Positions 20,291 to 30,136 of a DNA stretch of 32,000 bases are shown here, piece by piece; position 1 is the stretch's first letter; the number at the start of each line of letters is the position of its first letter. The stretch lies in contig CP002278.1 of the NCBI GenBank assembly GCA_000166095.1, positions 420,001 to 452,000 of the forward strand, written 5' to 3'. The position numbers and the translations under genes were made by a program. The stretch comes from Methanothermus fervidus DSM 2088. GTDB lineage: Archaea; Methanobacteriota; Methanobacteria; DSM-2088; Methanothermaceae. The notes beneath the pieces are model-generated. The model made no database searches. It was not told the DNA's origin and worked only from the letters and a program-made list of their open reading frames with translations.

Positions 20291-21448
20291 TCAATTAGCT
20301 AAATTTACTATTTTACCATCTTTTATGACATAATGGATGTCATGTGGCTCAAGGCGATTTATTATAGATAACCAAGGATTTGATGACAATTTTTTAACAA
20401 TGAGTATGTCTGCACGATATCCTTCTTCTATACAACCTACATCGCCAAAAATAGGCAACGAATTTGTTGTTGCCATCTTAATTACTATTTTAGGATCTAA
20501 ATATTTTCTTGAGAAACCCCTAGAAACTTTAAGTGTGTATTCCATCTCTCTTATCATATTTGGAGCATTAAACATTACATTATCACTTCCAAGGAGTAAA
20601 TTTATATTTAAGTGTAGTAAGTTTGAGATAGGAGGTATACCAGTGCCTAAAATACCATTTGACCGTGGACACAAAACTACAGACACATCTGAATTCTTTA
20701 ATAATTCTATGTCAGCTGATGTTGGATTTGTCACGTGTATTAACATGTCAAATCCTGTTTCTAGTGCCCTCTGAACTTCTGTTTTTCCAGTGTTTTTTAA
20801 TGATATTTTTTGGGTTTTTACATCTTCAGCAACGTGAATTGCAGCTATTTTTTTATTTTTTTTGCATTGAGACACTACAATTTTAGCTATATTGTCATCT
20901 ATTTCACCAAAGCCACTTAAACCAACTCCATCACAATAACTTAAAAGATTTTTTGTTTTTTTTCTAACTTCATTTCTTTTAGCATTGGGATTATAAAATA
21001 TGGGATCACGACCTAAAAATTTACACTCAATAGGTAAGTCTTTAATTGCATCTCTAACAAGTTTAATACCTTCAATACCACCCTCTCTAAAATCTATAAA
21101 TCTTGTTGTCCCAGTCATCAACATTTCTTTTACAGATCTTTTTACACTTTCAACTATTTTTTCTTTAGGAGTTTTCTCAAGTAATCTATGTTTTATTCCA
21201 TTTGGAGGTTTTACAATTTCATCTAAACTTTTACCGTCCGCAATGTCTTTTGCAAAAGAATCTGCAATATGTATATGTGAATTTGTAAAAGAAGGAAGTA
21301 CTATGCATCCTGTGGCATCTATTTTTTTTCCATGATTAAATTTATTATTAGTTATCTCAATGATTTTGTCATCTTCAATAACTAAATTAGTTCTGACAGG
21401 TTTCAATTCTTTACCTAAAAGTACTAATCCATTTTCAATAATTAACAT
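20291..21448 (-). CDS. Amidohydrolase family protein (cytosine deaminase/chlorohydrolase-like)
   Basis: GCIVLPSFTNSHIHIADSFAKD, IAAIHVAEDV, MLIHVTNP, VVLCPRSNGILGTGIPPISNLLHLNINLLLGSDNVMFNAPNM, GYRADILIVK. Confidence 0.85.
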   Translation of the reverse strand: MLIIENGLVLLGKELKPVRTNLVIEDDKIIEITNNKFNHGKKIDATGCIVLPSFTNSHIHIADSFAKDIADGKSLDEIVKPPNGIKHRLLEKTPKEKIVESVKRSVKEMLMTGTTRFIDFREGGIEGIKLVRDAIKDLPIECKFLGRDPIFYNPNAKRNEVRKKTKNLLSYCDGVGLSGFGEIDDNIAKIVVSQCKKNKKIAAIHVAEDVKTQKISLKNTGKTEVQRALETGFDMLIHVTNPTSADIELLKNSDVSVVLCPRSNGILGTGIPPISNLLHLNINLLLGSDNVMFNAPNMIREMEYTLKVSRGFSRKYLDPKIVIKMATTNSLPIFGDVGCIEEGYRADILIVKKLSSNPWLSIINRLEPHDIHYVIKDGKIVNLAN

Positions 21449-21459
21449 AAACTTATTTT

Positions 21460-22971
21460 TTACATATAACTCCTATTTACACTTTCCTCATTGTTATTTT
21501 TGAACGATGACTTGTTTCCATACCTTGTTGTTAAATCTTTTTGCATTGCAGCTTCATAAGATCCATATCTTTTTATTATTTGATCTTCTATTGGAATAGC
21601 TCTCTTAATTGCTGCACGCACATGTTTTCTTCTTATATATTTGCTTCCTTCCATTACAGCTAAATCTCCAGCCATTCTTATTATTCCACTTAGATCACGT
21701 AATCGTAATGAAAGAGCATTATCTGTGTCATCAATTACACGTGCACGTCTTTTAGATTCTTCTATTAACTCTTCTACAGCTCCTCTTGTTGCATGGGGTA
21801 TTTTACCATCTTTAACAATCTCCTGTGCAACAAATTGTGCCATTTTAGCCCTATTTTCTTCAGTATCTGGCATTGTAACATCTAACAATATTTCATATCC
21901 TTCTCCTTGTATTCTAGATCTTAATGGTGGTAAAATATATTGTAAATCTGAAACATTACAAGCAGCTATAAATATGAAATCACATGGTACATCTTCAACT
22001 CTTACAGAACTTCCAGCACTTTGTGGATTTCTACCAACTATAGGAAACTTTTTTTCCTGCATGGCAGTAAGTATAAAGCGTTGTAATCTTGCAATATGTG
22101 CTATTTCATCTATAAATAACACTCCCTCATGTGCTTCATGTATTGCTCCTGGTACAACTCTTTCATATGGATGAGATCCTAACTCAGGGTGACCACCATA
22201 GGGGTCGTGTCTCACATCTCCTAAAAGCTCTGTCTCACTAGCTCCTGTTGCCTGCACAAATGTTTTCCTATTTAGAGGTACTATAACATTTCTTTTCTCC
22301 CTTGAGAAACGACCTCTTCTTTCAAAACTTCTTGGTCTCAAAATACGGATTTTATTTCCACCTACTCTTTCATATATTACTACTTCTTCACGACCATTGA
22401 TAATTTTAGTTGTAGTCACTCTTTTTTTAGGAAATGACGTGCTACTTCTTTTGTTAGAGTCAAACATTCCTAATAGTTCTCTAACGTGTCTTTTTTGAGA
22501 ATTTAATTCAGCAAACTTATCACGACCACATTTTGGACATATTTTTTCATATGCGGAACTATATTCCTTACAATGTACACATCTAAAACCCAGTTTCTCT
22601 GCTACATTAGCTGGAACTTCTTTTGGATCTATTAATTTACCAGAAGATCCTCCAAATTCTTTTGATTCTTTCTCTATTTCTTTTCTTTTTCTTACTTCAA
22701 CAATTGGTCTTTCAGGCCTTTCTGGATTATGTAAAACAGCTATTTCTTCATTTGGTTTGGGTAAGTATGAAGAAATTGCTTGTGCAATTAATGATTTTCC
22801 AATTCCAGGAGGACCAACAAGAAGTAAATTTCTCCTTTGTTTAGCAGCTATTTTAATAATAGGCATCACATCGTCATGTCCAATAACTCTATCAAGAGGA
22901 TCTTCAGGTATTAATACATCTTCCGTAGTGTTTATGTCTTCCAAAAACTCTTTTCTCATATCAACATACAT
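21460..22971 (-). CDS. Lon-like (LonB-related) AAA+ ATPase with inserted zinc ribbon and no protease domain
   Basis: GHDDVMPIIKIAAKQRRNLLLVGPPGIGKSLIAQAI (Walker A), insert CVHCKEYSSAYEKICPKCG, PGAIHEAHEGVLFIDEIAHI (Walker B), ILPPLRSRIQGEGYEI...MPDTEENR, RDLSGIIRMAGDLAVMEG. The ORF ends where a LonB S/K protease domain would start. Confidence 0.85.
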   Translation of the reverse strand: MYVDMRKEFLEDINTTEDVLIPEDPLDRVIGHDDVMPIIKIAAKQRRNLLLVGPPGIGKSLIAQAISSYLPKPNEEIAVLHNPERPERPIVEVRKRKEIEKESKEFGGSSGKLIDPKEVPANVAEKLGFRCVHCKEYSSAYEKICPKCGRDKFAELNSQKRHVRELLGMFDSNKRSSTSFPKKRVTTTKIINGREEVVIYERVGGNKIRILRPRSFERRGRFSREKRNVIVPLNRKTFVQATGASETELLGDVRHDPYGGHPELGSHPYERVVPGAIHEAHEGVLFIDEIAHIARLQRFILTAMQEKKFPIVGRNPQSAGSSVRVEDVPCDFIFIAACNVSDLQYILPPLRSRIQGEGYEILLDVTMPDTEENRAKMAQFVAQEIVKDGKIPHATRGAVEELIEESKRRARVIDDTDNALSLRLRDLSGIIRMAGDLAVMEGSKYIRRKHVRAAIKRAIPIEDQIIKRYGSYEAAMQKDLTTRYGNKSSFKNNNEESVNRSYM

Positions 22972-24108
22972 CTATAACCCTCTATTCGTAATTATATTAA
23001 TTTCAACAGGTTTTTTTACTAACCCACCACTTCTTACAGCGACCAAATATTTAATACCCTTCTCTGATGCAATATCAACAATTCTTTGAGTTACAACACC
23101 ATCAAAGACAACGGCATACGCATCATTATTTATATTTTTTAATTCATCATATAAATTTTCAACTCTTATTTCTTTCATTATATTCAGAGTTTCATCTAAT
23201 ATTTCTGCGTTTCCTGAGCCTATTAGTTTTTTAAGCATATTTTTAAGTATAGTTTTTTTATCCTTTCCTTTTGAAATTCCAAATTCTTGATAAAACTGTT
23301 CTGCAGGTATTTTATTACGAAGAGCCTCTATAATTTCATTTTTATCTAATTCTTCAACTTCTTTACCTTTTGGAGCCCTAGCAATGTAATCTACATCGGC
23401 AACCTGTAGTATTTCTTTTAATATTAATTCTCCTCCTCTATCACCATCAACAAAAACTGTAACTGTCTTTTCACGACTTAAATCTATAACAGTCTGAGGA
23501 ATATTTACACCTTCAACTGCTATGGCATTTTTAATACCATGTTTCAATAAGTTTAAAACATCCGACCTACCTTCCACAACAATTATGGCGTCAGAAGTAG
23601 AAACATTTGGCCCTGCAGGTAATTTTTCTTTACCGTATTCTGTTATTTCATGACTACGAACGGCTTTTTTTACTTCTTCAATCATTTTCATACTTTCAGG
23701 AGCTACTTGCTCCATCATTTCAGCGTATATTTCCTTGGCACGTTCCACTACTTTTTTTCTTTTTACAGATCTTATGTCTTCAACTTTTTCAACTTTAATT
23801 TTAGCTTCACATGGGCCAACTCTATTTATTGTTTCCAATGCTGCAGCCAATATTGCTGTTTCAACTCTGTCAAGGCTGGATGGTACAATTATTTTTCCTT
23901 TAGATTTGCCATGACGAGATTTAATTTTGACTTTAATTCTTCCAATCCTACCTGTTTTTTGAAGTTCTCTCAAATCTAAATCATCAGTTAATAAACCCTC
24001 CGTTTGACCAAATATAGCACCAACAACATCAGGTTTTTCTACAACTCCATTTGCTGTGATTTTTGCATGAATAAGGTATTTAGTAGTATTTATTTCTTCT
24101 TTACCCAT
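22972..24108 (-). CDS. dnaG: Archaeal DnaG-type primase (Toprim domain)
   Basis: TKYLIHAKITANGVVEKPDVVGAIFGQTEGLLTDDLDLRELQKTGRIGRIKV, DAIIVVEGRSDVLNLLKHGIKNAIAVEG, VTVFVDGDRGGELI. Confidence 0.96.
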   Translation of the reverse strand: MGKEEINTTKYLIHAKITANGVVEKPDVVGAIFGQTEGLLTDDLDLRELQKTGRIGRIKVKIKSRHGKSKGKIIVPSSLDRVETAILAAALETINRVGPCEAKIKVEKVEDIRSVKRKKVVERAKEIYAEMMEQVAPESMKMIEEVKKAVRSHEITEYGKEKLPAGPNVSTSDAIIVVEGRSDVLNLLKHGIKNAIAVEGVNIPQTVIDLSREKTVTVFVDGDRGGELILKEILQVADVDYIARAPKGKEVEELDKNEIIEALRNKIPAEQFYQEFGISKGKDKKTILKNMLKKLIGSGNAEILDETLNIMKEIRVENLYDELKNINNDAYAVVFDGVVTQRIVDIASEKGIKYLVAVRSGGLVKKPVEINIITNRGL

Positions 24109-24110
24109 GA

Positions 24111-24572
24111 TTAATCCTCCTGAAAATTATAACCATTTTCAAAATCTAATAAATAATCATTGTGCGATGTGTAGGGACATATCTCAAACTTTAGTCTGTC
24201 AAGATATTTTGGAAGATTCTCAATGTCTTTGATGTACCGTTTTGTCATTGCTTTAAGTTTATATCTTATCTTCGTGTTCACACGACAGCCCAAGCTCTCT
24301 ATGTTTTTACGCAACTTATTAGCTAATTCTTCACCTTTTTCATCAAAATCCGTAAGTATTATAGCCTCTGATGCAGTTTCTGCCACTAGATATGCAATTT
24401 CAATTAATTTGAGCGGTGATCCAGAAATTTTGATAAAATTTCCATTTATCCCTAATCTTTGTAGGGCTTCTTCATCCTTTTTACCTTCTATAAGAATAGG
24501 AACGCCTTTTTCTGCATAAAATTTTAATTCTTTTAATTCCTCTTTTAAACAATGTAAAGTTCCCAGTGTCAT
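24111..24572 (-). CDS. Stand-alone Toprim-domain protein (UPF0292/RNase M5-like)
   Basis: GVPILIEGKKDEEALQRLGINGNFIKISGSPLKL and EAIILTDFDEKGEELANKLRKNIE: Toprim acidic motifs. Confidence 0.85.
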   Translation of the reverse strand: MTLGTLHCLKEELKELKFYAEKGVPILIEGKKDEEALQRLGINGNFIKISGSPLKLIEIAYLVAETASEAIILTDFDEKGEELANKLRKNIESLGCRVNTKIRYKLKAMTKRYIKDIENLPKYLDRLKFEICPYTSHNDYLLDFENGYNFQED

Positions 24573-24661
24573 TTTAAATCAAGGTTACAGTTATTGTTCT
24601 TATTATTAATCACAAGTAATATATAAAAATTAGTATTTGAAAAAATAAAAAGGTGATTCAC

Positions 24662-25306
24662 ATGTTAAAAATCAAGATTTCACCAAGAACATTGCTCAAA
24701 GGTTTTTCAAAAAAAATAGATTTAAGCTTAATTTCTACTCCTCAAGTTTCAGATGCTCTTTTTGATCTTACAGGTAAAAATTATGCTCTTCATAACATAA
24801 AACCACTAAATAATCTTAAAGTGTTTGGAAAAGTAGTGACAGTAAAAACCAAAGATTATGATTGGGGGACTTCAGTAAAAGCCATTGACATTGCAAATGA
24901 AAATGAAGTTATATTTATAGTAACTGAAGGTAATTCAAACGCTGTTTGGGGTGAATTAACATCGAAAGCTGCAAAAATTAAAAATATTGCTGGAACTATA
25001 ATATGTGGAGCATGTAGAGACTTACATGCAATTAAAAATATAAGATACCCTGTTTTTGCTGAAAAGGTTGTCCCAAATGCTGGAAGTCCTCTATGTAAAG
25101 GCAAAATAAATGTAGAAGTAAAATACAATGGAATTAAAATAAAACCCAATGACTATGTCATTGGAGATGAGTGTGGGGTAGTTGTTATTCCAAATGAATT
25201 ATTTGATAAAGTAATTGAAAAAACTAGAGAAATAAATGAAAAAGAAAAAGAAATAAAAAAGAAGATGTCTGAAGGTTTCTCTTTATCTGAAATATTAGAA
25301 TTGTAA
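24662..25306 (+). CDS. RraA-family protein (HMG aldolase/demethylmenaquinone-methyltransferase-like fold)
   Basis: ISTPQVSDALFDLTG, GEVIFIVTEG-like NEVIFIVTEGNSNAVWGELTSKAAKIKNIAGTIICGACRDLHAIKNIRYPVFAEKVVPNAG and GDECGVVVIPNEL. ATG at 24662 with GGTGAT SD. Confidence 0.85.
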   Translation: MLKIKISPRTLLKGFSKKIDLSLISTPQVSDALFDLTGKNYALHNIKPLNNLKVFGKVVTVKTKDYDWGTSVKAIDIANENEVIFIVTEGNSNAVWGELTSKAAKIKNIAGTIICGACRDLHAIKNIRYPVFAEKVVPNAGSPLCKGKINVEVKYNGIKIKPNDYVIGDECGVVVIPNELFDKVIEKTREINEKEKEIKKKMSEGFSLSEILEL

Positions 25307-26104
25307 TTTAATAGCAAAAATAATTAATAATATGGCTACTACATATTTTAAAACTTTTTTTGGATATTTATATGCCATTTTAACACCAAATCTAACAGAC
25401 AATACCCCGGTAATGTTTATTATAAGTGATTGTAAAAGATTAACATAACCTATAGAATATGATAAGTTTTGAGCATTGGTAGAGAAGATATAAATTAAAA
25501 TGCCACCTAATGAAGTAATAGTTACAACAAAAGTAGATGTTCCTATTGATTTCAATAAATCAAATCCAATAATTGTTAATAATGGAACAAGAATTATGCC
25601 ACCTCCAATACCAAACATTCCAGAAAGAATCCCGGTAAGTATCCCTATAGGTATGAGATAACTAATATTATTGAGAAAAACATTTTTTTGGAAAGTTAAA
25701 GTTTTGGGATTTACATTCCTAATTAATTTTATAGCCAAAAAAACTAATAACAAGGCAAAGAATATTTTTAAAAATTTTACAGGTAAAATTAAATTTATGG
25801 TAGCTCCTATTATTCCACCAATAAATCCAAAAAAAGCTATTAATGTGCCTTCTTTCCACAAGACAGAACCTCTTTGTGCATGTTCATAGGCACTTACCAT
25901 GTTTGGAATAAATGTAGATAAGCTAGTGGCTGTTGCCATTCTAAATGCAAAACTTTCATTAACTCCTAAAAAAATTTGATTTAAAAAGAAAAATATAGGA
26001 ACTAGTATAAATCCACCACCAACTCCAAGCATCCCTGTTAATGTTCCAACGCCTATTCCAGTAATTATAAGTATTATTATGTAACCCAATATATCTATGC
26101 TCAT
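25295..26104 (-). CDS. TauE/SafE family sulfite exporter-like membrane protein
   Basis: GVGTLTGMLGVGGGFILVPIFFF and GILTGILSGMFGIGGGIILVPLLTIIG, duplicated GxxxGxxGxGGG repeats. Confidence 0.9.
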   Translation of the reverse strand: MSIDILGYIIILIITGIGVGTLTGMLGVGGGFILVPIFFFLNQIFLGVNESFAFRMATATSLSTFIPNMVSAYEHAQRGSVLWKEGTLIAFFGFIGGIIGATINLILPVKFLKIFFALLLVFLAIKLIRNVNPKTLTFQKNVFLNNISYLIPIGILTGILSGMFGIGGGIILVPLLTIIGFDLLKSIGTSTFVVTITSLGGILIYIFSTNAQNLSYSIGYVNLLQSLIINITGVLSVRFGVKMAYKYPKKVLKYVVAILLIIFAIKLQF

Positions 26105-26142
26105 ACTTCAACCTATTAACTTTATCTAAGAGGTGAAATTTC

Positions 26143-27063
26143 TTGAAACTTAGAGTAATGGGATTGTTTTTCATAATTATGGCATTCCTCATGCTAAACC
26201 CGCATGTTAAAAATTTAGTGACACCGTTTACACATATATTCTTAATGGGATCTTCTGAAGGAAAAGATATTTTATTTTTTTCTTTGATGGGTTTGTCAAT
26301 GATTTTAAGTCCTTTATCTGAAAATAGAATATTTAAAAAATTTAATAGAGAAGTTTACTTGTCAGTAGTTTTATTTTTAGCATTTCTTAGCTATCTTATT
26401 TCTGAAATTATTGAAATTTACATTCGTTATAAATTTTCAGTCTCGCCCTTCACAACTTTTGTTGTTTTATCACCAACGCCAACATCCACTAGCATTTTAC
26501 ATTCACATATTTTTAAAGCTTCTTTAAGTCCTATATTCCAAAAATTTGTAATTTCCAAAAATATTCATATAGGCACGTCTTTATTACATTACATTCCAAG
26601 TTGGCTGACAGTTTATGCAACTATAGTTCTCTTTTTAATATATTTTTTTGGTTTGTTATCTCTTAGCGAAAGAAAAATAATACAAAAAATCTTAATTATA
26701 TTTGGATTATCTACTCTAATAATTGGAATTATTGATGGAGGGATATTTGCAACACCCTCACTGGTAGGGTTATTTATTTTGTTTTATATGAAATTTGCCA
26801 CCACTGATTCTCCAACTGGTAAAAATCTAATAAAACCTACATTAATTATTTTGATTATAATTTTTATAGGCCTTGCTCTTGATATAACTCATTCAAATAC
26901 AAAATTTTACGAAGTAACGGCACTAAAAAATAACAACGAAAAGATATACTCATATATGCCAGGTAAATATAATGAAAGATGGCTTATAAATCACTTAACA
27001 AAAAAATTTGAAGGAAAGTACATAGCTTTCTTTATGAGTTGGAATTTCTTTTCATATTGGTGA
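26143..27063 (+). CDS. Conserved polytopic membrane protein of unknown function (TTG start)
   Basis: 306 aa with many hydrophobic helices (SVVLFLAFLSYLISEI, WLTVYATIVLFLIYFFGLL, LTLIILIIIFIGLAL). AGAGGTG RBS before TTG 26143. Confidence 0.65.
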   Translation: MKLRVMGLFFIIMAFLMLNPHVKNLVTPFTHIFLMGSSEGKDILFFSLMGLSMILSPLSENRIFKKFNREVYLSVVLFLAFLSYLISEIIEIYIRYKFSVSPFTTFVVLSPTPTSTSILHSHIFKASLSPIFQKFVISKNIHIGTSLLHYIPSWLTVYATIVLFLIYFFGLLSLSERKIIQKILIIFGLSTLIIGIIDGGIFATPSLVGLFILFYMKFATTDSPTGKNLIKPTLIILIIIFIGLALDITHSNTKFYEVTALKNNNEKIYSYMPGKYNERWLINHLTKKFEGKYIAFFMSWNFFSYW

Positions 27064-27068
27064 TAGTT

Positions 27069-28880
27069 ATGATCAGAGTTAGCATAGTAATACCTACATA
27101 CAATGAAGAAAAATTTTTACCAGCTTTGCTTGAGAGTATCAAAAGACAAAATTACAAAAATTACGAAGTTATAATTGCTGATGCAAATTCTACAGATAAA
27201 ACTAGAGATATAGCAAAATCTTACGGATGTAAGATAGTAGAAGGTGGAACACCAGCAGTTGGTAGAAACAGTGGAGCAAAACATGCCAATGGGGATTTAT
27301 TATTATTCTTAGATGCAGATACAATTTTGACACCTAATTATTTAGAAAAATTGGTAAAAAATTTCATGAAAGAAGACATAGGAATTGCTATCACCCAAAT
27401 ATCTCCAGTTTATGGAAATGTTTTAGAAAAAATTTTACATGAAATCGCAAATAAAGCTGTAAAAATGTTAGAACCCGTAAAACCTCACGGATCAGGAGGA
27501 TTTGGCATTGCGACATGGAAAATTTTACATGATAAAATAGGAGGTTTTGACGAATCATTGGACTTTGGAGAAGATACAGATTATATTCAACGAATGTCTA
27601 AGATAACTAAATTTAAAGTCCTAAAAGAACCACGTCTTTTAATTTCAACTAGAAGATTAAAAAAAGAAGGTTTAAAAAATCTAACAGCGAAATACACAAA
27701 GAGTACAATACATCAATTTCTTGGAAAGAATGTAAGTGCAAAAGAATTAAATTATAACTTTGAGTATAGAGATGTAGATGCCCCATCAGTTAAAATTGTT
27801 GATGAAATCTTTGGTAAAAGGAAAAGAATACTTTATGGTGTATGTGGGGAAGGAATGGGTCATGCTATTAGGAGCGGTGTAATATTGGAAGAATTATCAA
27901 AAAAACACAGTATAAAAATATTGGCTAGTGGAAGGGCATACAAATATTTATCTAAAAAATTTGAGGATGTGTATGAAATAGGTGGTTTTAATACAGTTTA
28001 TGAAAATAACAGGGTTAACACTATAAAAACATTCTTTGAATCTATTAGAAGATTTCCAAAACATCTAATATCAAATTTTTGGACAATATATCGCATAGTT
28101 AATGAATTTAATCCTCATATAGTAATTTCTGATTTTGAGTTTTATTCTAGCTTATTTGCAAATATAATGCGACTCCCACTTATAAGTATTGATAATATTC
28201 ATGTGATATCTCGTTGTAAAATTAAATATCCTAGAAAATATTGGTGGGATAGGATAAAAGCAGAGATAGTTATACGTCTTTTTGTCATAAAGGCTAAAAA
28301 ATATCTTATAACAACATATTATTTCCCACAGGTTAAATATCCTGAAAATACGAAATTATACCCGCCAATTTTAAGAAAGAAAATCATAAAATTAAAACCT
28401 AGTTATGGTGACCATGTTTTTGTATACCAAACTAGCAAAACTAATAAAAAATTACTCAATGATTTAAAGAAAATAAACCAAAAATTTATCATTTATGGTT
28501 TCGATGAAAACAAGGAAGTAAAGAATTTAAAATTTAAAAAATTCAATGAATCAGAATTTTACGATGATTTAGCTTCTGCAAAAGCTGTGATAACAAATGG
28601 TGGTTTCAGCCTAATTAGTGAAGCTTTATATTTAAAAAAACCAATACTTAGTATTCCAATCCAAGGACAATTTGAGCAAATATTAAATGCATTATACCTA
28701 GATAAATTAGGCTATGGTAAATTTATTGAAGAGAGTTCGGTTGGAAAAATTATGGAATTCTTAAATAACCTAGATAAATATCGTGAAAAGCTTAAAGATT
28801 ACGAATATTGTGGAAATGATTTCTTAATTTCAGATCTTGAGGAAATTATTGATGAATATGCTAAACCTGAAAAATATTAG
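27069..28880 (+). CDS. Two-domain glycosyltransferase: N-terminal GT2 (GT-A) fused to C-terminal MJ1255/Glyco_tran_28-like (GT-B) domain
   Basis: MIRVSIVIPTYNEEKFLPALLESI...LLLFLDADTILTPNY...GGFDESLDFGEDTDYIQR, then from about 27820 KRILYGVCGEGMGHAIRSGVILEEL...PHIVISDFEFYSSLFANIMRLPLISIDNIH...KAVITNGGFSLISEALYLKKPILSIPIQGQFEQILNALYL. ATG 27069 with GGTGAT SD, inside the track ORF 27039..28880. Confidence 0.88.
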   Translation: MIRVSIVIPTYNEEKFLPALLESIKRQNYKNYEVIIADANSTDKTRDIAKSYGCKIVEGGTPAVGRNSGAKHANGDLLLFLDADTILTPNYLEKLVKNFMKEDIGIAITQISPVYGNVLEKILHEIANKAVKMLEPVKPHGSGGFGIATWKILHDKIGGFDESLDFGEDTDYIQRMSKITKFKVLKEPRLLISTRRLKKEGLKNLTAKYTKSTIHQFLGKNVSAKELNYNFEYRDVDAPSVKIVDEIFGKRKRILYGVCGEGMGHAIRSGVILEELSKKHSIKILASGRAYKYLSKKFEDVYEIGGFNTVYENNRVNTIKTFFESIRRFPKHLISNFWTIYRIVNEFNPHIVISDFEFYSSLFANIMRLPLISIDNIHVISRCKIKYPRKYWWDRIKAEIVIRLFVIKAKKYLITTYYFPQVKYPENTKLYPPILRKKIIKLKPSYGDHVFVYQTSKTNKKLLNDLKKINQKFIIYGFDENKEVKNLKFKKFNESEFYDDLASAKAVITNGGFSLISEALYLKKPILSIPIQGQFEQILNALYLDKLGYGKFIEESSVGKIMEFLNNLDKYREKLKDYEYCGNDFLISDLEEIIDEYAKPEKY

Positions 28881-28881
28881 A

Positions 28882-29805
28882 TTAGAATGTCACGCCTAAG
28901 TTTAATTTACTTGTTAATTCCCTATACCTGTTACGTATTGTTACTTCTGTTATTCCAGCTACTTCAGCAATTTCTCTTTGAGTTCTTCTTTCTCTAAGTA
29001 ATACAGATGCTATATATAATGCGGCTGCAGCCACTCCAGTTGGACCTCTTCCTGAAGTAAGTCCTTTTTTCATAGCTTTTTTAATTATTTCGATAGCTTT
29101 TGACTGTACTTTACCTGAAAGTCCTAATTCACTTGCAAATCTAGGTACATAATCAATAGGTGACGTTGGTGGTAAACGTATATTTAATTTTCTAGCTAAA
29201 AATCTGTATGTACGACCAACACCTTTTTTCTTAACACCAGAAACTTCAGCAATTTCATCTAAAGTTCTAGGCACATTACATTTCCTACATGCTGCATACA
29301 ATGCAGCTGCTACAACTTCTTCTATGCTTCTTCCTCTTATCAGTTTCTTTTTTACAGCATCTCTATAAATAACTGATGCAGTTTCTCTAACAGTCCTAGG
29401 TAAATTTAATCTTGATGCAATTCTATCTAATTCGCTTAATGCAAACGCAAGATTTCTTTCTGTTGCACCAGAAATTCTAATTTTTCTTTGCCATTTTCTT
29501 AATCTGTACCATTGAGCCCTACTTTTTGCAGGAATATCTTTTCCATAAATATCTTTATTTCTCCAATCAATCATTGTAGATAATCCTTTATCATGAATTG
29601 TATATGTGACAGGGGCACCAACACGTGTACGTTTTTCTCTTTGTTCGTGATCAAATGCTCTCCATTCAGGTCCCATGTCAATTAATTTTTCATCTATAAC
29701 AAGTCCGCACTTCCTACAAACTATTTCAGCCCTTTCATGGTCTTCAATTAAGTCTTCAGATCCACATTCAGGACAAACTGAACCTTTAAGAACTTTCTTT
29801 TTCAT
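28882..29805 (-). CDS. tfb: Transcription initiation factor B (TFB), no intein
   Basis: [55 protein letters not shown] plus two cyclin-like repeats. Confidence 0.97.
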   Translation of the reverse strand: MKKKVLKGSVCPECGSEDLIEDHERAEIVCRKCGLVIDEKLIDMGPEWRAFDHEQREKRTRVGAPVTYTIHDKGLSTMIDWRNKDIYGKDIPAKSRAQWYRLRKWQRKIRISGATERNLAFALSELDRIASRLNLPRTVRETASVIYRDAVKKKLIRGRSIEEVVAAALYAACRKCNVPRTLDEIAEVSGVKKKGVGRTYRFLARKLNIRLPPTSPIDYVPRFASELGLSGKVQSKAIEIIKKAMKKGLTSGRGPTGVAAAALYIASVLLRERRTQREIAEVAGITEVTIRNRYRELTSKLNLGVTF

Positions 29806-30062
29806 TTTCGTTTTTCTCTCCTCCTTTTCTTCTTCTTTATAAATATTGTTGTTCCAACTCGTTTCTCAAGTTTTTTAGAATTAATTGCAGGGTCAATTGT
29901 AATGTATGGATTTTTTGTAGGACCAAAAACTCGTTTAACATTGCCTATTTTAATATTATCAGAAGAATAAACAGGGGATCCTATTGCTGGAGTCATTTTA
30001 ACCTTTGCAACCAAAAACCCTTTATCAGTAATCTTCAATAATTTTCCTTTTATTGAAGCCAT
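29802..30062 (-). CDS. gar1: H/ACA RNP protein Gar1
   Basis: [52 protein letters not shown], basic C-terminus. Confidence 0.88.
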   Translation of the reverse strand: MASIKGKLLKITDKGFLVAKVKMTPAIGSPVYSSDNIKIGNVKRVFGPTKNPYITIDPAINSKKLEKRVGTTIFIKKKKRRREKRK

Positions 30063-30105
30063 TTAATCACCTCTAATTAAAAAATTATATATGAATTAGT
30101 TTAAA

Positions 30106-30115
30106 CTTATATTAT
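30106..30115 (+). promoter_or_regulatory. Candidate TATA element for the C/D sRNA / nmd3 transcript
   Basis: CTTATATTAT centred about 28 nt upstream of the C box, the spacing expected for an archaeal start site near 30135-30138. Confidence 0.45.
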
Positions 30116-30136
30116 AACTGAAAATTTTTGTATTTT

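Noticed and set aside
3202-24572. Inteins in rfcS, infB, eif2g, dnaG or tfb (common archaeal intein hosts)
   Set aside because: Each ORF reads through its conserved motifs at normal length with no Hint-domain insertion.
24856-25149. ORF 24856..25149 (-)
   Set aside because: Antisense to the RraA-like gene; shadow ORF.
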